A DNA stretch of 32,000 nt from Bacillus subtilis subsp. subtilis str. 168 (GCF_000009045.1 NC_000964.3:1350001-1382000); one strand, 5' to 3'; shown: positions 16,848 through 26,335, counted from the stretch's first letter. Notes: generated by a model from the sequence alone, not told the origin. Program-made: numbers and translations.

Positions 16848-17944
16848 AAATCATTCGAATCGAAACAAGCCGAATCGCTGTCCCGCTGACAAAGCCGTTT
16901 AAAACCGCACTTCGCACTGTGTATACGGCTGAATCAGTCATAGTAAGGATTACTTATGACAGCGGTGCAGTCGGATGGGGAGAAGCACCCCCGACGTTAG
17001 TGATTACAGGAGACAGCATGGATAGCATTGAAAGTGCCATCCACCATGTGTTGAAGCCGGCATTGCTTGGAAAAAGCCTGGCGGGCTATGAGGCCATTCT
17101 GCACGACATCCAGCATCTTCTTACAGGAAATATGAGCGCGAAGGCTGCTGTAGAAATGGCTCTATACGACGGCTGGGCGCAGATGTGCGGGCTGCCGCTT
17201 TATCAAATGCTTGGCGGATATCGAGATACGCTGGAAACAGATTATACTGTCAGTGTCAACTCACCTGAAGAGATGGCAGCTGATGCCGAGAATTATCTCA
17301 AACAAGGCTTTCAAACGCTGAAAATAAAGGTCGGAAAAGATGATATTGCAACAGATATCGCCCGTATCCAGGAAATCAGAAAACGTGTCGGATCAGCTGT
17401 GAAACTGCGTTTAGACGCTAATCAGGGGTGGAGGCCGAAGGAAGCGGTAACTGCCATTCGGAAAATGGAGGATGCGGGCCTAGGCATTGAGCTTGTCGAG
17501 CAGCCTGTCCATAAAGATGATCTCGCTGGGCTTAAAAAGGTGACAGATGCAACAGATACGCCGATTATGGCTGATGAAAGTGTTTTTACACCGCGCCAGG
17601 CGTTCGAAGTTCTGCAAACCCGGAGCGCAGACTTGATCAATATTAAATTGATGAAAGCGGGCGGCATCAGCGGAGCAGAGAAAATTAATGCCATGGCGGA
17701 GGCCTGCGGGGTGGAGTGTATGGTCGGCAGCATGATCGAAACGAAGCTGGGCATTACGGCCGCGGCGCATTTTGCGGCAAGCAAGAGAAACATCACACGC
17801 TTTGATTTTGACGCGCCGCTGATGCTGAAAACAGATGTATTCAATGGCGGCATAACATATAGCGGCAGCACGATTTCGATGCCTGGCAAACCGGGCCTCG
17901 GAATCATCGGGGCTGCGCTTTTGAAAGGGGAAAAAGAGCAATGA
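16844..17944 (+). CDS. ykfB: L-Ala-D/L-Glu epimerase, enolase superfamily
   Basis: 366 aa. GWGEAPPT, TLKIKVGKDD, RLDANQGW, MADESV, LINIKLMKAGGI: muconate-lactonising/AE epimerase motifs. Confidence 0.94.
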   Translation: MKIIRIETSRIAVPLTKPFKTALRTVYTAESVIVRITYDSGAVGWGEAPPTLVITGDSMDSIESAIHHVLKPALLGKSLAGYEAILHDIQHLLTGNMSAKAAVEMALYDGWAQMCGLPLYQMLGGYRDTLETDYTVSVNSPEEMAADAENYLKQGFQTLKIKVGKDDIATDIARIQEIRKRVGSAVKLRLDANQGWRPKEAVTAIRKMEDAGLGIELVEQPVHKDDLAGLKKVTDATDTPIMADESVFTPRQAFEVLQTRSADLINIKLMKAGGISGAEKINAMAEACGVECMVGSMIETKLGITAAAHFAASKRNITRFDFDAPLMLKTDVFNGGITYSGSTISMPGKPGLGIIGAALLKGEKEQ

Positions 17945-18831
17945 TGCACACTGTCATATCAGCAGTGGCCAACATCTGGACAGCGCCTGATTCACCTCGT
18001 CCGTCTGATCAATTCATGCTTCAACCGACTGTAATGATCAGAGACTGGCTGGAGCGCATGACGTATGATGAACGGCTTGGATTATGTACAGACAATGTAA
18101 TCCAAACTCAGGTTCTCTTTGGCGAAAAGGTACTTGTGACGGCGGAACAGGGGGAATGGGTTTCTGTGATCGTGCCTAGCCAGCCATCCCGAAAGGATCC
18201 GCGCGGATACCCGGGCTGGATGAAAAAGTACCAGCTGGAAAAAACAAAGCCCATCCATACACAACACGATGTGATGATCAGCAAACCTGCTGCCTTTTTG
18301 TACAGAAGCAATGGGGAAAAGGAGATCGAATTAAGCTTTTTGACAGTTCTGCCCCTTATTGCAAAAGAAAACGGATATTTTAAGGTTTCGACCGTTTTTG
18401 GGGAAAGGTTTGTGAGGCAAAGTGATGCAGTGCCTGTCAGCCAACAGAAAGGGACTGCTGAAGACATCATTCAAACGGGTGCGTTTTTTCTTGGCCTTCC
18501 CTACCTGTGGGGAGGGATCAGCGGGTTTGGGTTTGATTGCTCCGGATTTATGTACAGTATATTTAAGGCGAATGGATACAGCATCCCCCGTGATGCGGGA
18601 GATCAGGCTAAGGCAGGGAAGGGTGTCCCGCTTGATGATATGAAAGCCGGTGATCTGCTGTTTTTTGCTTATGAGGAAGGAAAAGGAGCGATTCATCACG
18701 TCGGTCTGTATGTAGGCGGCGGGAAAATGCTTCATTCTCCAAAGACAGGGAAGTCAATCGAAATCCTCACATTAACAGAGACAATCTATGAAAAAGAATT
18801 ATGTGCGGTGCGCCGCTGTTTTTCAGAATAA
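17941..18831 (+). CDS. ykfC: Gamma-D-glutamyl-L-diamino acid endopeptidase, NlpC/P60 with SH3-like domains
   Basis: 296 aa. C-terminal GLPYLWGGISGFGFDCSGFM (catalytic Cys) and HHVGLYVGGGKMLHS (catalytic His). Confidence 0.94.
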   Translation: MMHTVISAVANIWTAPDSPRPSDQFMLQPTVMIRDWLERMTYDERLGLCTDNVIQTQVLFGEKVLVTAEQGEWVSVIVPSQPSRKDPRGYPGWMKKYQLEKTKPIHTQHDVMISKPAAFLYRSNGEKEIELSFLTVLPLIAKENGYFKVSTVFGERFVRQSDAVPVSQQKGTAEDIIQTGAFFLGLPYLWGGISGFGFDCSGFMYSIFKANGYSIPRDAGDQAKAGKGVPLDDMKAGDLLFFAYEEGKGAIHHVGLYVGGGKMLHSPKTGKSIEILTLTETIYEKELCAVRRCFSE

Positions 18832-18843
18832 GGAGGGAGACAA

Positions 18844-19833
18844 ATGAGGCGACTGCCTTTGTTAGAGGTCAGCCAGCTGAAAATGCATTTTGACGCAGGG
18901 AAAAAGCGGACAGTCAAAGCTGTCGACGGGGTCACCTTTCAGATTCGTGAAGGAGAAACGTTCGGGCTAGTCGGGGAATCAGGGTGCGGGAAATCAACCT
19001 TGGGGAGAGTGCTGATGCGCCTTTATCAGCCGACAGAAGGAAGCGTGACATACCGCGGCACAAATCTTCATGCACTAAGTGAAAAAGAGCAGTTTGCCTT
19101 CAACCGCAAACTGCAGATGATTTTTCAGGACCCTTATGCTTCACTTAACCCGCGCATGACCGTTCGAGAAATTATTTTGGAGCCGATGGAGATTCATAAT
19201 CTCTACAATACCCATAAAGCACGGCTTCTCGTCGTGGACGAGCTGCTTGAGGCAGTTGGGCTTCACCCCGATTTTGGCAGCCGTTATCCGCATGAATTCA
19301 GCGGCGGGCAAAGGCAGAGAATCGGGATTGCGAGAGCACTGTCGCTGAATCCTGAATTTATCGTGGCGGACGAACCGATTTCTGCACTTGATGTCTCTGT
19401 TCAAGCGCAGGTGGTCAACCTGCTGAAGCGGCTTCAAAAAGAGAAAGGGCTTACGTTTTTATTCATTGCCCATGATCTTTCGATGGTGAAGCATATCAGT
19501 GACAGGATCGGTGTTATGTACTTAGGACACATGATGGAAATTACAGAGAGCGGCACCTTGTATCGTGAACCGCTCCATCCCTATACAAAGGCGCTTTTGT
19601 CCTCGATTCCGATTCCAGATCCTGAATTGGAGGACAAGCGTGAGCGTATTCTCTTGAAAGGGGAGCTGCCGAGCCCGGTCAATCCGCCAAGCGGCTGCGT
19701 GTTTCGTACCCGCTGTCCGGAGGCGATGCCTGAATGTGGAGAATCTCGTCCCCAGCTTCAAGAAATCGAACCCGGCCGTTTTGTCGCTTGCCATTTGTAT
19801 CGAAATGCTGAAACGAAGGAAAAAGTAAGATAA
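18844..19833 (+). CDS. ykfD: Oligopeptide ABC transporter ATP-binding protein (OppF/DppF type)
   Basis: [51 protein letters not shown]-terminal motif. Confidence 0.94.
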   Translation: MRRLPLLEVSQLKMHFDAGKKRTVKAVDGVTFQIREGETFGLVGESGCGKSTLGRVLMRLYQPTEGSVTYRGTNLHALSEKEQFAFNRKLQMIFQDPYASLNPRMTVREIILEPMEIHNLYNTHKARLLVVDELLEAVGLHPDFGSRYPHEFSGGQRQRIGIARALSLNPEFIVADEPISALDVSVQAQVVNLLKRLQKEKGLTFLFIAHDLSMVKHISDRIGVMYLGHMMEITESGTLYREPLHPYTKALLSSIPIPDPELEDKRERILLKGELPSPVNPPSGCVFRTRCPEAMPECGESRPQLQEIEPGRFVACHLYRNAETKEKVR

Positions 19834-19840
19834 ATAAAAA

Positions 19841-19870
19841 GAGTGGCTCCTTTTTACTAGAGCCACTCCA
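19841..19870. terminator. Bidirectional terminator between ykfD and pgl
   Basis: GAGTGGCTCctttttactaGAGCCACTC between convergent genes, A-rich and T-rich flanks. Confidence 0.75.
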
Positions 19871-19875
19871 TTTGT

Positions 19876-20925
19876 TTATACTTGATGTAAAAACTTTACA
19901 CAAACCGGGTAAGGGACAGAAACCGTTGATGGGAGGAGTGTCAATCGGCCGGTTTCTTTGTCTCTTTCAAACAAGACAAGGTTGCCTGTTTCTTCATTTG
20001 AAGCAACGAGGAACCCTTCCGTTGGGTCAAATACAAAGTCACGAGGCCAGTTTCCTTCTGTCGACACTCTTTCTACGAAAGCCAGCTCTCCTGAATATTG
20101 ATTCACTTCAAATACGGCGATACTGTCATGGCCGCGGTTTGCGACATAAACAAAACGTCCGTCCTGCGTGACATGTATTGCGCTTCCCTGGCTGTTATCT
20201 GTAAAATCATCAGGGATGGCAGAAACGACTTGGATTTCTCTAAATTCGCCGGCTGTCGGGTTGTATTCAAGCGCAATCACTTCATTGCTTAATTCTGTCA
20301 TGACATAAGCGTATTTTTCTTTCGGATGAAAAGCGATATGGCGAGGTCCTGCACCGGGAGCGAAGGAATGGCTTCCGGATTCAGTCAACACACCGTCTTT
20401 AAGCTTATAGGTGTAGAGCTTATCTATACCTAAATCAACCGCTACCACATAATTGTGTTCAGGTGTGAACCCCGCGTAGTGTGTATGCGGTTTTTCTTGT
20501 CTTTCGTGCGGCCCTTTTCCTGTGTGAGCGGCCTCTGAAACAGGTGATTGCAAGCTGCCGTCTTCCTGAACCGGAAAAACGTGTACCTTCCCGCTGTGAT
20601 AATTGGCAGTCAGTACGAATTGATTTTGATCATCAACGCTTACGTGGCATGGCGAAGGGCCATCAATTAACTGATGATTCAGAAATGTCAATTCGCCGCT
20701 GTTTTTATCGATTTGATAGGCAGCAACTCCGCCTTGGCCGTCTGCTTTTTCGATGGAATAAAGGATGGTGTTGTTTTTATTCGTCGCCACATATGTCGGG
20801 TTGCCCAGCTTAGCGGCCAGCTTTGGCTCGCTGAGTGCTTTTTTCTCAGTATCAAGCTCAAATGAATAAATTCCTTCGCTTCCGCCTTTTGTATATGTTC
20901 CCACATATCCTATGTATTTTGTCAT
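19876..20925 (-). CDS. pgl: 6-phosphogluconolactonase, lactonase/beta-propeller family
   Basis: 349 aa. YVGTYTKGGSEGIYSFELD, GPSPCHVSVD, GPRHIAFHP, NWPRDFVFDPTEGFLVASNE: YbhE-type seven-bladed repeats. Known as YkgB. Confidence 0.92.
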   Translation of the reverse strand: MTKYIGYVGTYTKGGSEGIYSFELDTEKKALSEPKLAAKLGNPTYVATNKNNTILYSIEKADGQGGVAAYQIDKNSGELTFLNHQLIDGPSPCHVSVDDQNQFVLTANYHSGKVHVFPVQEDGSLQSPVSEAAHTGKGPHERQEKPHTHYAGFTPEHNYVVAVDLGIDKLYTYKLKDGVLTESGSHSFAPGAGPRHIAFHPKEKYAYVMTELSNEVIALEYNPTAGEFREIQVVSAIPDDFTDNSQGSAIHVTQDGRFVYVANRGHDSIAVFEVNQYSGELAFVERVSTEGNWPRDFVFDPTEGFLVASNEETGNLVLFERDKETGRLTLLPSTVSVPYPVCVKFLHQV

Positions 20926-21014
20926 GCGATTTCCCCCTTAAAAATGATGTCACCTCTATATTAACGTATCTTGATAAAATAAGCTGTTCAAAACATGAAA
21001 AAGGGGAAGATTCT

Positions 21015-21875
21015 TCATTCGCCTCGAATCAGCGGCATTGTGCAGCACCTGAAGGAGCCGCCTGATTTAATAATTTCTGACAGGTCAATTTCGATAATGT
21101 GATAGCCTCTTTTCGATAGCTGTTGATTGACATGGCGGTTGCCAGGGAGACTGATGATCGTTTTTTTTCCGATTGAAAGGACGTTGGTGCCAAGCGTAAA
21201 TTGTTCGTCCTCGGGCACCTCAATAAGATCATAACGTTTTGCCAGCATATCGGCTGCATCTGGCTCAATGGCCTGTGAATAAATTAACGCTTCGCTTTCA
21301 GATATAATGTTAAATACGCAGTCCAAATGCAAAAATTTTTCATGAAGCTTCACTGGAACGATCGTATATTCAGGAAGTGCCTCTTCTAGCTGGCCGATAG
21401 CTGAAATGTCGGTGCGCTGGCTGATTCCGACATAGACAATGTCATCATCGATAATGACGTCTCCGCCTTCAATACTCGTATCAAGCATGCGGGTGTAAGA
21501 GATACCTTGGCTGTGAAAAAAATCTTTTATAACGGCTTCTTCTCCTTGGCGAATCGGTTCAGTCATGCTTGACAGAAAGGCTTTTTCTCCGATGACAAAT
21601 CCTATGTCCCTAGTAAAAACCTGTTCTGGGAGTCCGTCGCGAACGGGCAAAAGGACGACCTCAACGTTGTGTGACCTAAGTGCCTCCACTAAGCGGCTGT
21701 GCTGGTCGTTAGCGGTTTTTACATGAATATTGTCATCTTCAAAATGTTTTTGTGTTTCGTTTATAACATCTTTTATGGTCATGTGCTCAGGTTTGCATAA
21801 GATCACTTTTTGAAGTGTGCCGTATTCCGTTCGGCATACCGTTTTGTGCTGAGATTTCGGGATGGATACGTCCAT
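21015..21875 (-). CDS. ykgA: Amidinotransferase/DDAH-like guanidino-group hydrolase superfamily protein
   Basis: 286 aa. FTRDIGFVIG, SIEGGDVII, LHLDCVFN and C-terminal GGSFRCCTMPLIR with the expected catalytic Cys. Confidence 0.88.
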   Translation of the reverse strand: MDVSIPKSQHKTVCRTEYGTLQKVILCKPEHMTIKDVINETQKHFEDDNIHVKTANDQHSRLVEALRSHNVEVVLLPVRDGLPEQVFTRDIGFVIGEKAFLSSMTEPIRQGEEAVIKDFFHSQGISYTRMLDTSIEGGDVIIDDDIVYVGISQRTDISAIGQLEEALPEYTIVPVKLHEKFLHLDCVFNIISESEALIYSQAIEPDAADMLAKRYDLIEVPEDEQFTLGTNVLSIGKKTIISLPGNRHVNQQLSKRGYHIIEIDLSEIIKSGGSFRCCTMPLIRGE

Positions 21876-22034
21876 TTGTTTTTCCTCCTAAAGTGTGAAG
21901 AATACATTTATTATTCCCTCATCATGAAAATCATTAAACCATTTTAAATTTTAGACAAATGGAAGAGAATATTGTTTAATAGGAGAATATAAGTGCATTT
22001 AGCTAAAAGATCAGACATCAAAGGGGAGAAAGGT

Positions 22035-22553
22035 ATGGAAACACCGGAAACAAGATTTTGTAAAGAGTCAAAGGTTGTGAAAACCAGCAGGGTGTTCCCG
22101 CTTGACACGAACAACCATAATACGCTGTTTGGCGGAAAATTAATGAGCTACATAGACGACATTGCCTCTATTTCAGCGGCGCGCCATTGCAGACGTGAAA
22201 CGGTAACAGCTTCAATGGATTCTGTAGATTTTTTAAAGCCGATCGGGCAAAAGGATTCTGTCTGCCTAGAGTCATATGTGACATGGGTCGGCACATCTTC
22301 CATGGAAGTATTTGTGAAAGTTATTAAGGAGCATTTGATGACTGGCGAACGGGAACTCGCTGCCACATCCTTTTTGACATTTGTCGCATTAGATTCAAAT
22401 GGCAAGCCGGTGCCTGTACCGAGGGTTGTACCGGAAACAGAAGAAGAAATCATGCTGCATAATACAGCTGTACAGCGTGCTAATGAACGTAAGAACCGCA
22501 AGAGACACAGCCAGGCGCTTGCAAATGCGCTCGGAACTGATAAGCCTTGGTGA
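22035..22553 (+). CDS. ykhA: Acyl-CoA thioesterase (hotdog/BACH family)
   Basis: ORF 21993..22553. Likely start at METPETRF after AAGGGGAGAAAGG. NTLFGGKLMSYIDDIASISAARHC is typical for hotdog thioesterases. Confidence 0.88.
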   Translation: METPETRFCKESKVVKTSRVFPLDTNNHNTLFGGKLMSYIDDIASISAARHCRRETVTASMDSVDFLKPIGQKDSVCLESYVTWVGTSSMEVFVKVIKEHLMTGERELAATSFLTFVALDSNGKPVPVPRVVPETEEEIMLHNTAVQRANERKNRKRHSQALANALGTDKPW

Positions 22554-22560
22554 ACGTTAA

Positions 22561-22590
22561 ACCCAAAACATAAGTTGTTTTGGGTTTTTT
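22561..22590 (+). terminator. Rho-independent terminator of ykhA
   Basis: CCCAAAACataagttGTTTTGGGTTTTTTT. Confidence 0.85.
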
Positions 22591-22747
22591 TGTACTTTTC
22601 AATGGTGATTATTACAATGGTTAGTCCGTTTTTGCTAGGGGATTCTATAAAAAAGCAACAAATGTCATGTTAAATTGATAATTTTGTGACAACTTTATTA
22701 AAGATTCATTTTAGATATATCTTTTATTCGTAAGATCATGTATTTTA

Positions 22748-22770
22748 AAGATATATTTTAAATACATCTT
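22748..22770. promoter_or_regulatory. NsrR-type operator upstream of hmp
   Basis: AAGATATATTTTAAATACATCTT, a 23-bp near-palindrome ending 21 bp before the hmp ATG. Matches the recalled NsrR site pattern. Confidence 0.75.
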
Positions 22771-22791
22771 TTCGAAAGGATTGTTTATAAA

Positions 22792-23991
22792 ATGTTAGAT
22801 AACAAAACAATCGAAATTATTAAAAGCACTGTACCCGTATTGCAACAGCATGGAGAAACAATCACTGGCCGTTTTTACGATCGGATGTTTCAAGACCATC
22901 CAGAGCTTTTGAACATTTTTAATCAAACAAACCAAAAGAAAAAAACACAGCGAACTGCACTGGCAAATGCCGTTATTGCAGCTGCGGCAAACATTGACCA
23001 ATTAGGAAACATCATTCCGGTTGTCAAACAAATCGGCCACAAGCACCGCAGTATCGGAATTAAGCCTGAGCACTACCCAATCGTCGGTAAATATTTGCTG
23101 ATTGCGATTAAAGATGTATTGGGAGACGCTGCAACTCCTGACATTATGCAGGCATGGGAAAAAGCGTACGGAGTCATTGCTGACGCGTTCATCGGAATTG
23201 AAAAAGACATGTATGAACAGGCTGAAGAGCAAGCCGGCGGCTGGAAGGAGTATAAGCCATTCGTTATCGCAAAAAAAGAGCGGGAAAGCAAAGAAATTAC
23301 ATCCTTCTATTTGAAACCGGAAGACAGCAAGCCGTTACCTGAATTCCAAGCAGGGCAATATATCAGCATCAAAGTGCGGATTCCTGATTCTGAATATACG
23401 CATATCCGCCAGTACAGCCTGTCTGATATGCCGGGAAAAGACTATTATCGAATTTCAGTGAAGAAAGATGGTGTCGTGTCTTCCTACTTACACGATGGGC
23501 TGCAGGAGGGAGATTCAATAGAGATCAGCGCACCGGCAGGGGACTTTGTTTTAGATCATGCATCACAAAAAGATCTCGTTTTGATCAGTGCCGGAGTTGG
23601 CATTACACCAATGATCAGCATGCTGAAAACATCTGTTTCCAAACAGCCTGAACGGCAAATTCTGTTCATTCATGCGGCGAAAAACAGTGAATATCATGCA
23701 TTGCGCCATGAAGTAGAAGAAGCAGCAAAACATTCTGCTGTTAAAACAGCATTTGTGTATCGCGAGCCGACAGAGGAAGACCGTGCAGGTGATCTGCATT
23801 TTCATGAAGGACAGATTGATCAGCAATTCCTCAAAGAACTGATTGCCAACACAGATGCGGATTACTATATTTGCGGTTCACCGTCGTTTATTACGGCAAT
23901 GCATAAGCTTGTATCAGAGCTCGGATCAGCGCCGGAGTCTATCCATTACGAGCTATTCGGCCCGCAATTAAGTTTGGCGCAGTCCGTTTGA
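22792..23991 (+). CDS. hmp: Flavohemoglobin (nitric oxide dioxygenase)
   Basis: 399 aa. Globin domain (TIEIIKSTVPVLQQHGETITGRFYDRMF) plus FAD/NAD reductase domain (HIRQYSLSD, LISAGVGITPMISML). Confidence 0.97.
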   Translation: MLDNKTIEIIKSTVPVLQQHGETITGRFYDRMFQDHPELLNIFNQTNQKKKTQRTALANAVIAAAANIDQLGNIIPVVKQIGHKHRSIGIKPEHYPIVGKYLLIAIKDVLGDAATPDIMQAWEKAYGVIADAFIGIEKDMYEQAEEQAGGWKEYKPFVIAKKERESKEITSFYLKPEDSKPLPEFQAGQYISIKVRIPDSEYTHIRQYSLSDMPGKDYYRISVKKDGVVSSYLHDGLQEGDSIEISAPAGDFVLDHASQKDLVLISAGVGITPMISMLKTSVSKQPERQILFIHAAKNSEYHALRHEVEEAAKHSAVKTAFVYREPTEEDRAGDLHFHEGQIDQQFLKELIANTDADYYICGSPSFITAMHKLVSELGSAPESIHYELFGPQLSLAQSV

Positions 23992-24002
23992 ACACATACA
24001 TG

Positions 24003-24034
24003 AAACTCTTCTCCTTTCAGAGAAGAGTTTTTTA
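24003..24034 (+). terminator. Rho-independent terminator of hmp
   Basis: AAACTCTTCTCctttcaGAGAAGAGTTTTTT. Confidence 0.85.
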
Positions 24035-24067
24035 TTGAGATATAAGAAGGCAGACAAGCGCCGGTTT

Positions 24068-24292
24068 CTACATCCGGACAATCACAGACCCGCTGCCATT
24101 TGTGCATACACGGTTTTGCTGTTCTTGCATTGTTCTCAGCAATTCATTGTTTACCTCAATCGCTCTAATTAGTTGCTTCATTCTTAGCTCCAAACCGGCC
24201 AGCCTGTCGATTGTTTGCTGCTGGTAGCCCTCGGGTTGGGGAGCCAATGGCAGATCAAAGGGCCAAAGGGTATTCGACTTCTGATTTTTCAT
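24068..24292 (-). CDS. ykzH: Small protein of unknown function, 74 aa, amphipathic helical
   Basis: Start at MKNQKSNTLWPFDLPLAP within ORF 24068..24322. The heptad-like stretch QQTIDRLAGLELRMKQLIRAIEVNNELLRTMQ suggests a coiled coil. Confidence 0.7.
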   Translation of the reverse strand: MKNQKSNTLWPFDLPLAPQPEGYQQQTIDRLAGLELRMKQLIRAIEVNNELLRTMQEQQNRVCTNGSGSVIVRM

Positions 24293-24436
24293 ATTGCGTA
24301 TTGCGCCTCCAATCGGTGTCACTTTCTATTATGTTATGTTCAGGCGATATGCACGTTCGCCTAGACACTGATGCATAGAGGGCCTGCCACGGGGCACAAT
24401 AGGCTCAATATGACCAGCGGATGGAGGTAAAGATCG

Positions 24437-25168
24437 GTGTTATGGATGGTATGGGTATTTTTACTGAAGCCAGTTATCGTATTTTCGATTGCATATATTT
24501 TGTTTCGGCTTGCCGGTAAAAAAGCTGTGTCACAAATGAACAATTTTGACCTGCTTTTGACCTTCGCAATCGGAACCATTATCAGTGAGCCGATCCTTAC
24601 ATCCAAGCTGCCGATGTCAATTTATTATGCGGGTGCTTTTTTGGTGCTTTATCTTATCATGAGCAAGCTCTCTTTATCTAATAAATGGCGATGGCTCCTA
24701 GTCGTGAGCCCGACTGTCCTAATCCGAAACGGGGATATTGATGAACGCGGCCTTCGTAAAGAAAGGCTGACTGTTAATGAGCTGCTCGGAAAGCTGAGGG
24801 AAAAGGGCTATGCCGACCCGGCTGACATTGATCTTGCTATCATTGAAGAAACGGGAGAAGTAAGCGTCATCCCGAAAGAGGAAGCGAGAGCGGTGCAGGT
24901 GCGGGATTTGAATATGGAAGCTGAACGGAATTTTATCCCGATTCCGCTCATACTGGATGGCGAAATCCTTGATCATAATTTGAAATATCTCCAAAAAAAC
25001 CGATCCTGGCTGTTTGAGAAGCTTGAGGAAAAAGGGTACAGCCCCAAACTGCTGTCTTCGATTATCCTTGGCACGATGAATGCACGCGGTGATATATCCC
25101 TTGATTTAAATACCGCTAATGAACCGCAGCATGATCCTTACTTATATAAACCGGGAAATAACAATTAA
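24437..25168 (+). CDS. ykjA: DUF421 family membrane protein (YetF-like)
   Basis: 243 aa, GTG start with GGAGG RBS. Three N-terminal TM helices; RNGDIDERGLRKERLTVNELLGKLREKGYADPADIDLAIIEETGEVSVIP is typical of DUF421. Confidence 0.88.
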   Translation: MLWMVWVFLLKPVIVFSIAYILFRLAGKKAVSQMNNFDLLLTFAIGTIISEPILTSKLPMSIYYAGAFLVLYLIMSKLSLSNKWRWLLVVSPTVLIRNGDIDERGLRKERLTVNELLGKLREKGYADPADIDLAIIEETGEVSVIPKEEARAVQVRDLNMEAERNFIPIPLILDGEILDHNLKYLQKNRSWLFEKLEEKGYSPKLLSSIILGTMNARGDISLDLNTANEPQHDPYLYKPGNNN

Positions 25169-25172
25169 GATG

Positions 25173-25200
25173 GCTCTCTCTTGTAATGAGAGCTTTTTTC
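25173..25200 (+). terminator. Rho-independent terminator of ykjA
   Basis: GCTCTCtcttgtaatGAGAGCTTTTTT. Confidence 0.7.
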
Positions 25201-25259
25201 TTTTTTAAAGGGAATTTTTGTTTGGTGTCAAATGTACCTAGTTAGGAGGGGAACTGAAC

Positions 25260-25787
25260 ATGAAGGACTTATCCATAAGAAACGACATGGCGCCAACGGT
25301 CAGTTTGCTGTATTCCGCAGTGGAAGAAAACAGTCTCCGTCTGGCTTCCATCGTAAGCCATATGACACACAGTGAACTTTACTATAAGGGGCGCTGCCAA
25401 ACAAAAAACAGCACGGCTCAGCTTTTGCACCATATCACAAATGTTGATATCAGATGGGTCTGGCGTATCAAGGAAAATCGGATCCCGGACCATATTGAAC
25501 AGGCATACGGCCCGATGACAGATGAAAGCGGACGGCTGCCTGAACCGGTGAATCAGCCAGACTTAGATGAACTCCTGAAAAGACATCAGCATGTAGTAGA
25601 GAAGCTGAAATCGGTATGCTTCACTTTAACTGAAAATGCTTTGAACCAGCCGCTTTCCTTCGAAGGTGACACCGCGACGATACGATGGGGAATTTGGCAT
25701 ATGGCAGATCATAACCGCTATCATCAGGCACATATTGAAGCTCTCAAAAAAGAATGGAAGCAGGATGTGGCGAAGTATGAACGCTAA
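25260..25787 (+). CDS. ykkA: DinB-like four-helix protein
   Basis: 175 aa. HHITNVDIRWVWRI ... WGIWHMADHNRYHQAHIEALK: DinB-type His residues. Confidence 0.82.
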   Translation: MKDLSIRNDMAPTVSLLYSAVEENSLRLASIVSHMTHSELYYKGRCQTKNSTAQLLHHITNVDIRWVWRIKENRIPDHIEQAYGPMTDESGRLPEPVNQPDLDELLKRHQHVVEKLKSVCFTLTENALNQPLSFEGDTATIRWGIWHMADHNRYHQAHIEALKKEWKQDVAKYER

Positions 25788-26295
25788 AACGAAGCTTGTG
25801 ACTGATCGAATTCGTTTGCGCTGTATGGAAGATCGGGATCAAGCCACTTTGTTTGGGCTGCTTTTTAATGATCCTGACGTCATGACATATTATTCCGGTT
25901 TAAAAGATAAGAGGCAAACCCGCGAGTGGGTCAATTGGAACCAACGAAATGAAAAAGGGTACGGCGTTAGTCTGTGGATCGCCGAAGATAAGCGGACAGG
26001 GGAGTTTTTGGGGCAATGCGGCATCGTTCCCCAGCAGATCGAAAATCAAACCGTAATGGAAATTGGCTATATGTTTGCCCGCCGCCACTGGGGGAACGGC
26101 TATGCGCAAGAAGCGGCTCGGGCCTGTCTGGACTATGGCTTTAACGAGCGGCAGTTCGGCAAAATGGCGGCTTTGATTGATCCGGGTAACAAAGCGTCCA
26201 TACGGGTAGCGGAGAAAATCGGCATGCATTACAGCAAAACGATCAGAAAATGGAATAAACCGATCGCGGTATATGAAAGAAAATCTTACAATTGA
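25777..26295 (+). CDS. ykkB: GNAT family N-acetyltransferase
   Basis: Start MNAKTKLVTDRIRLRCMEDRDQ at 25777, in frame with track ORF 25666..26295 and overlapping ykkA by 11 nt. RimJ/RimL-like motif FLGQCGIVPQQI ... EIGYMFARRHWGNGYAQEAARA. Confidence 0.88.
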   Translation: MNAKTKLVTDRIRLRCMEDRDQATLFGLLFNDPDVMTYYSGLKDKRQTREWVNWNQRNEKGYGVSLWIAEDKRTGEFLGQCGIVPQQIENQTVMEIGYMFARRHWGNGYAQEAARACLDYGFNERQFGKMAALIDPGNKASIRVAEKIGMHYSKTIRKWNKPIAVYERKSYN

Positions 26296-26320
26296 AAGAT
26301 AGAGCTGAGTTTAGTATCAT
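26292..26320 (+). promoter_or_regulatory. SigA-type promoter for the ykkCD leader
   Basis: TTGAAA (26292-26297), 17-bp spacer, TATCAT (26315-26320). The -35 overlaps the ykkB stop. Confidence 0.65.
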
Positions 26321-26335
26321 GATATCATGTAAAGT

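Noticed and set aside
17422-17949. 175-aa and 153-aa antisense ORFs in ykfB
   Set aside because: Long but opposite to an enolase-superfamily gene with intact motifs; Met/Ser/Pro-rich composition typical of antisense translation.
16844-19833. Possibility of a new biological system in the dpp-ykf cluster
   Set aside because: All genes match known murein-peptide uptake and degradation families; organisation is coherent but not novel.
22148-22501. 117-aa antisense ORF in ykhA
   Set aside because: Opposite-strand shadow of a thioesterase gene, no RBS.
25900-26229. 109-aa antisense ORF in ykkB
   Set aside because: Opposite-strand shadow of the GNAT gene.
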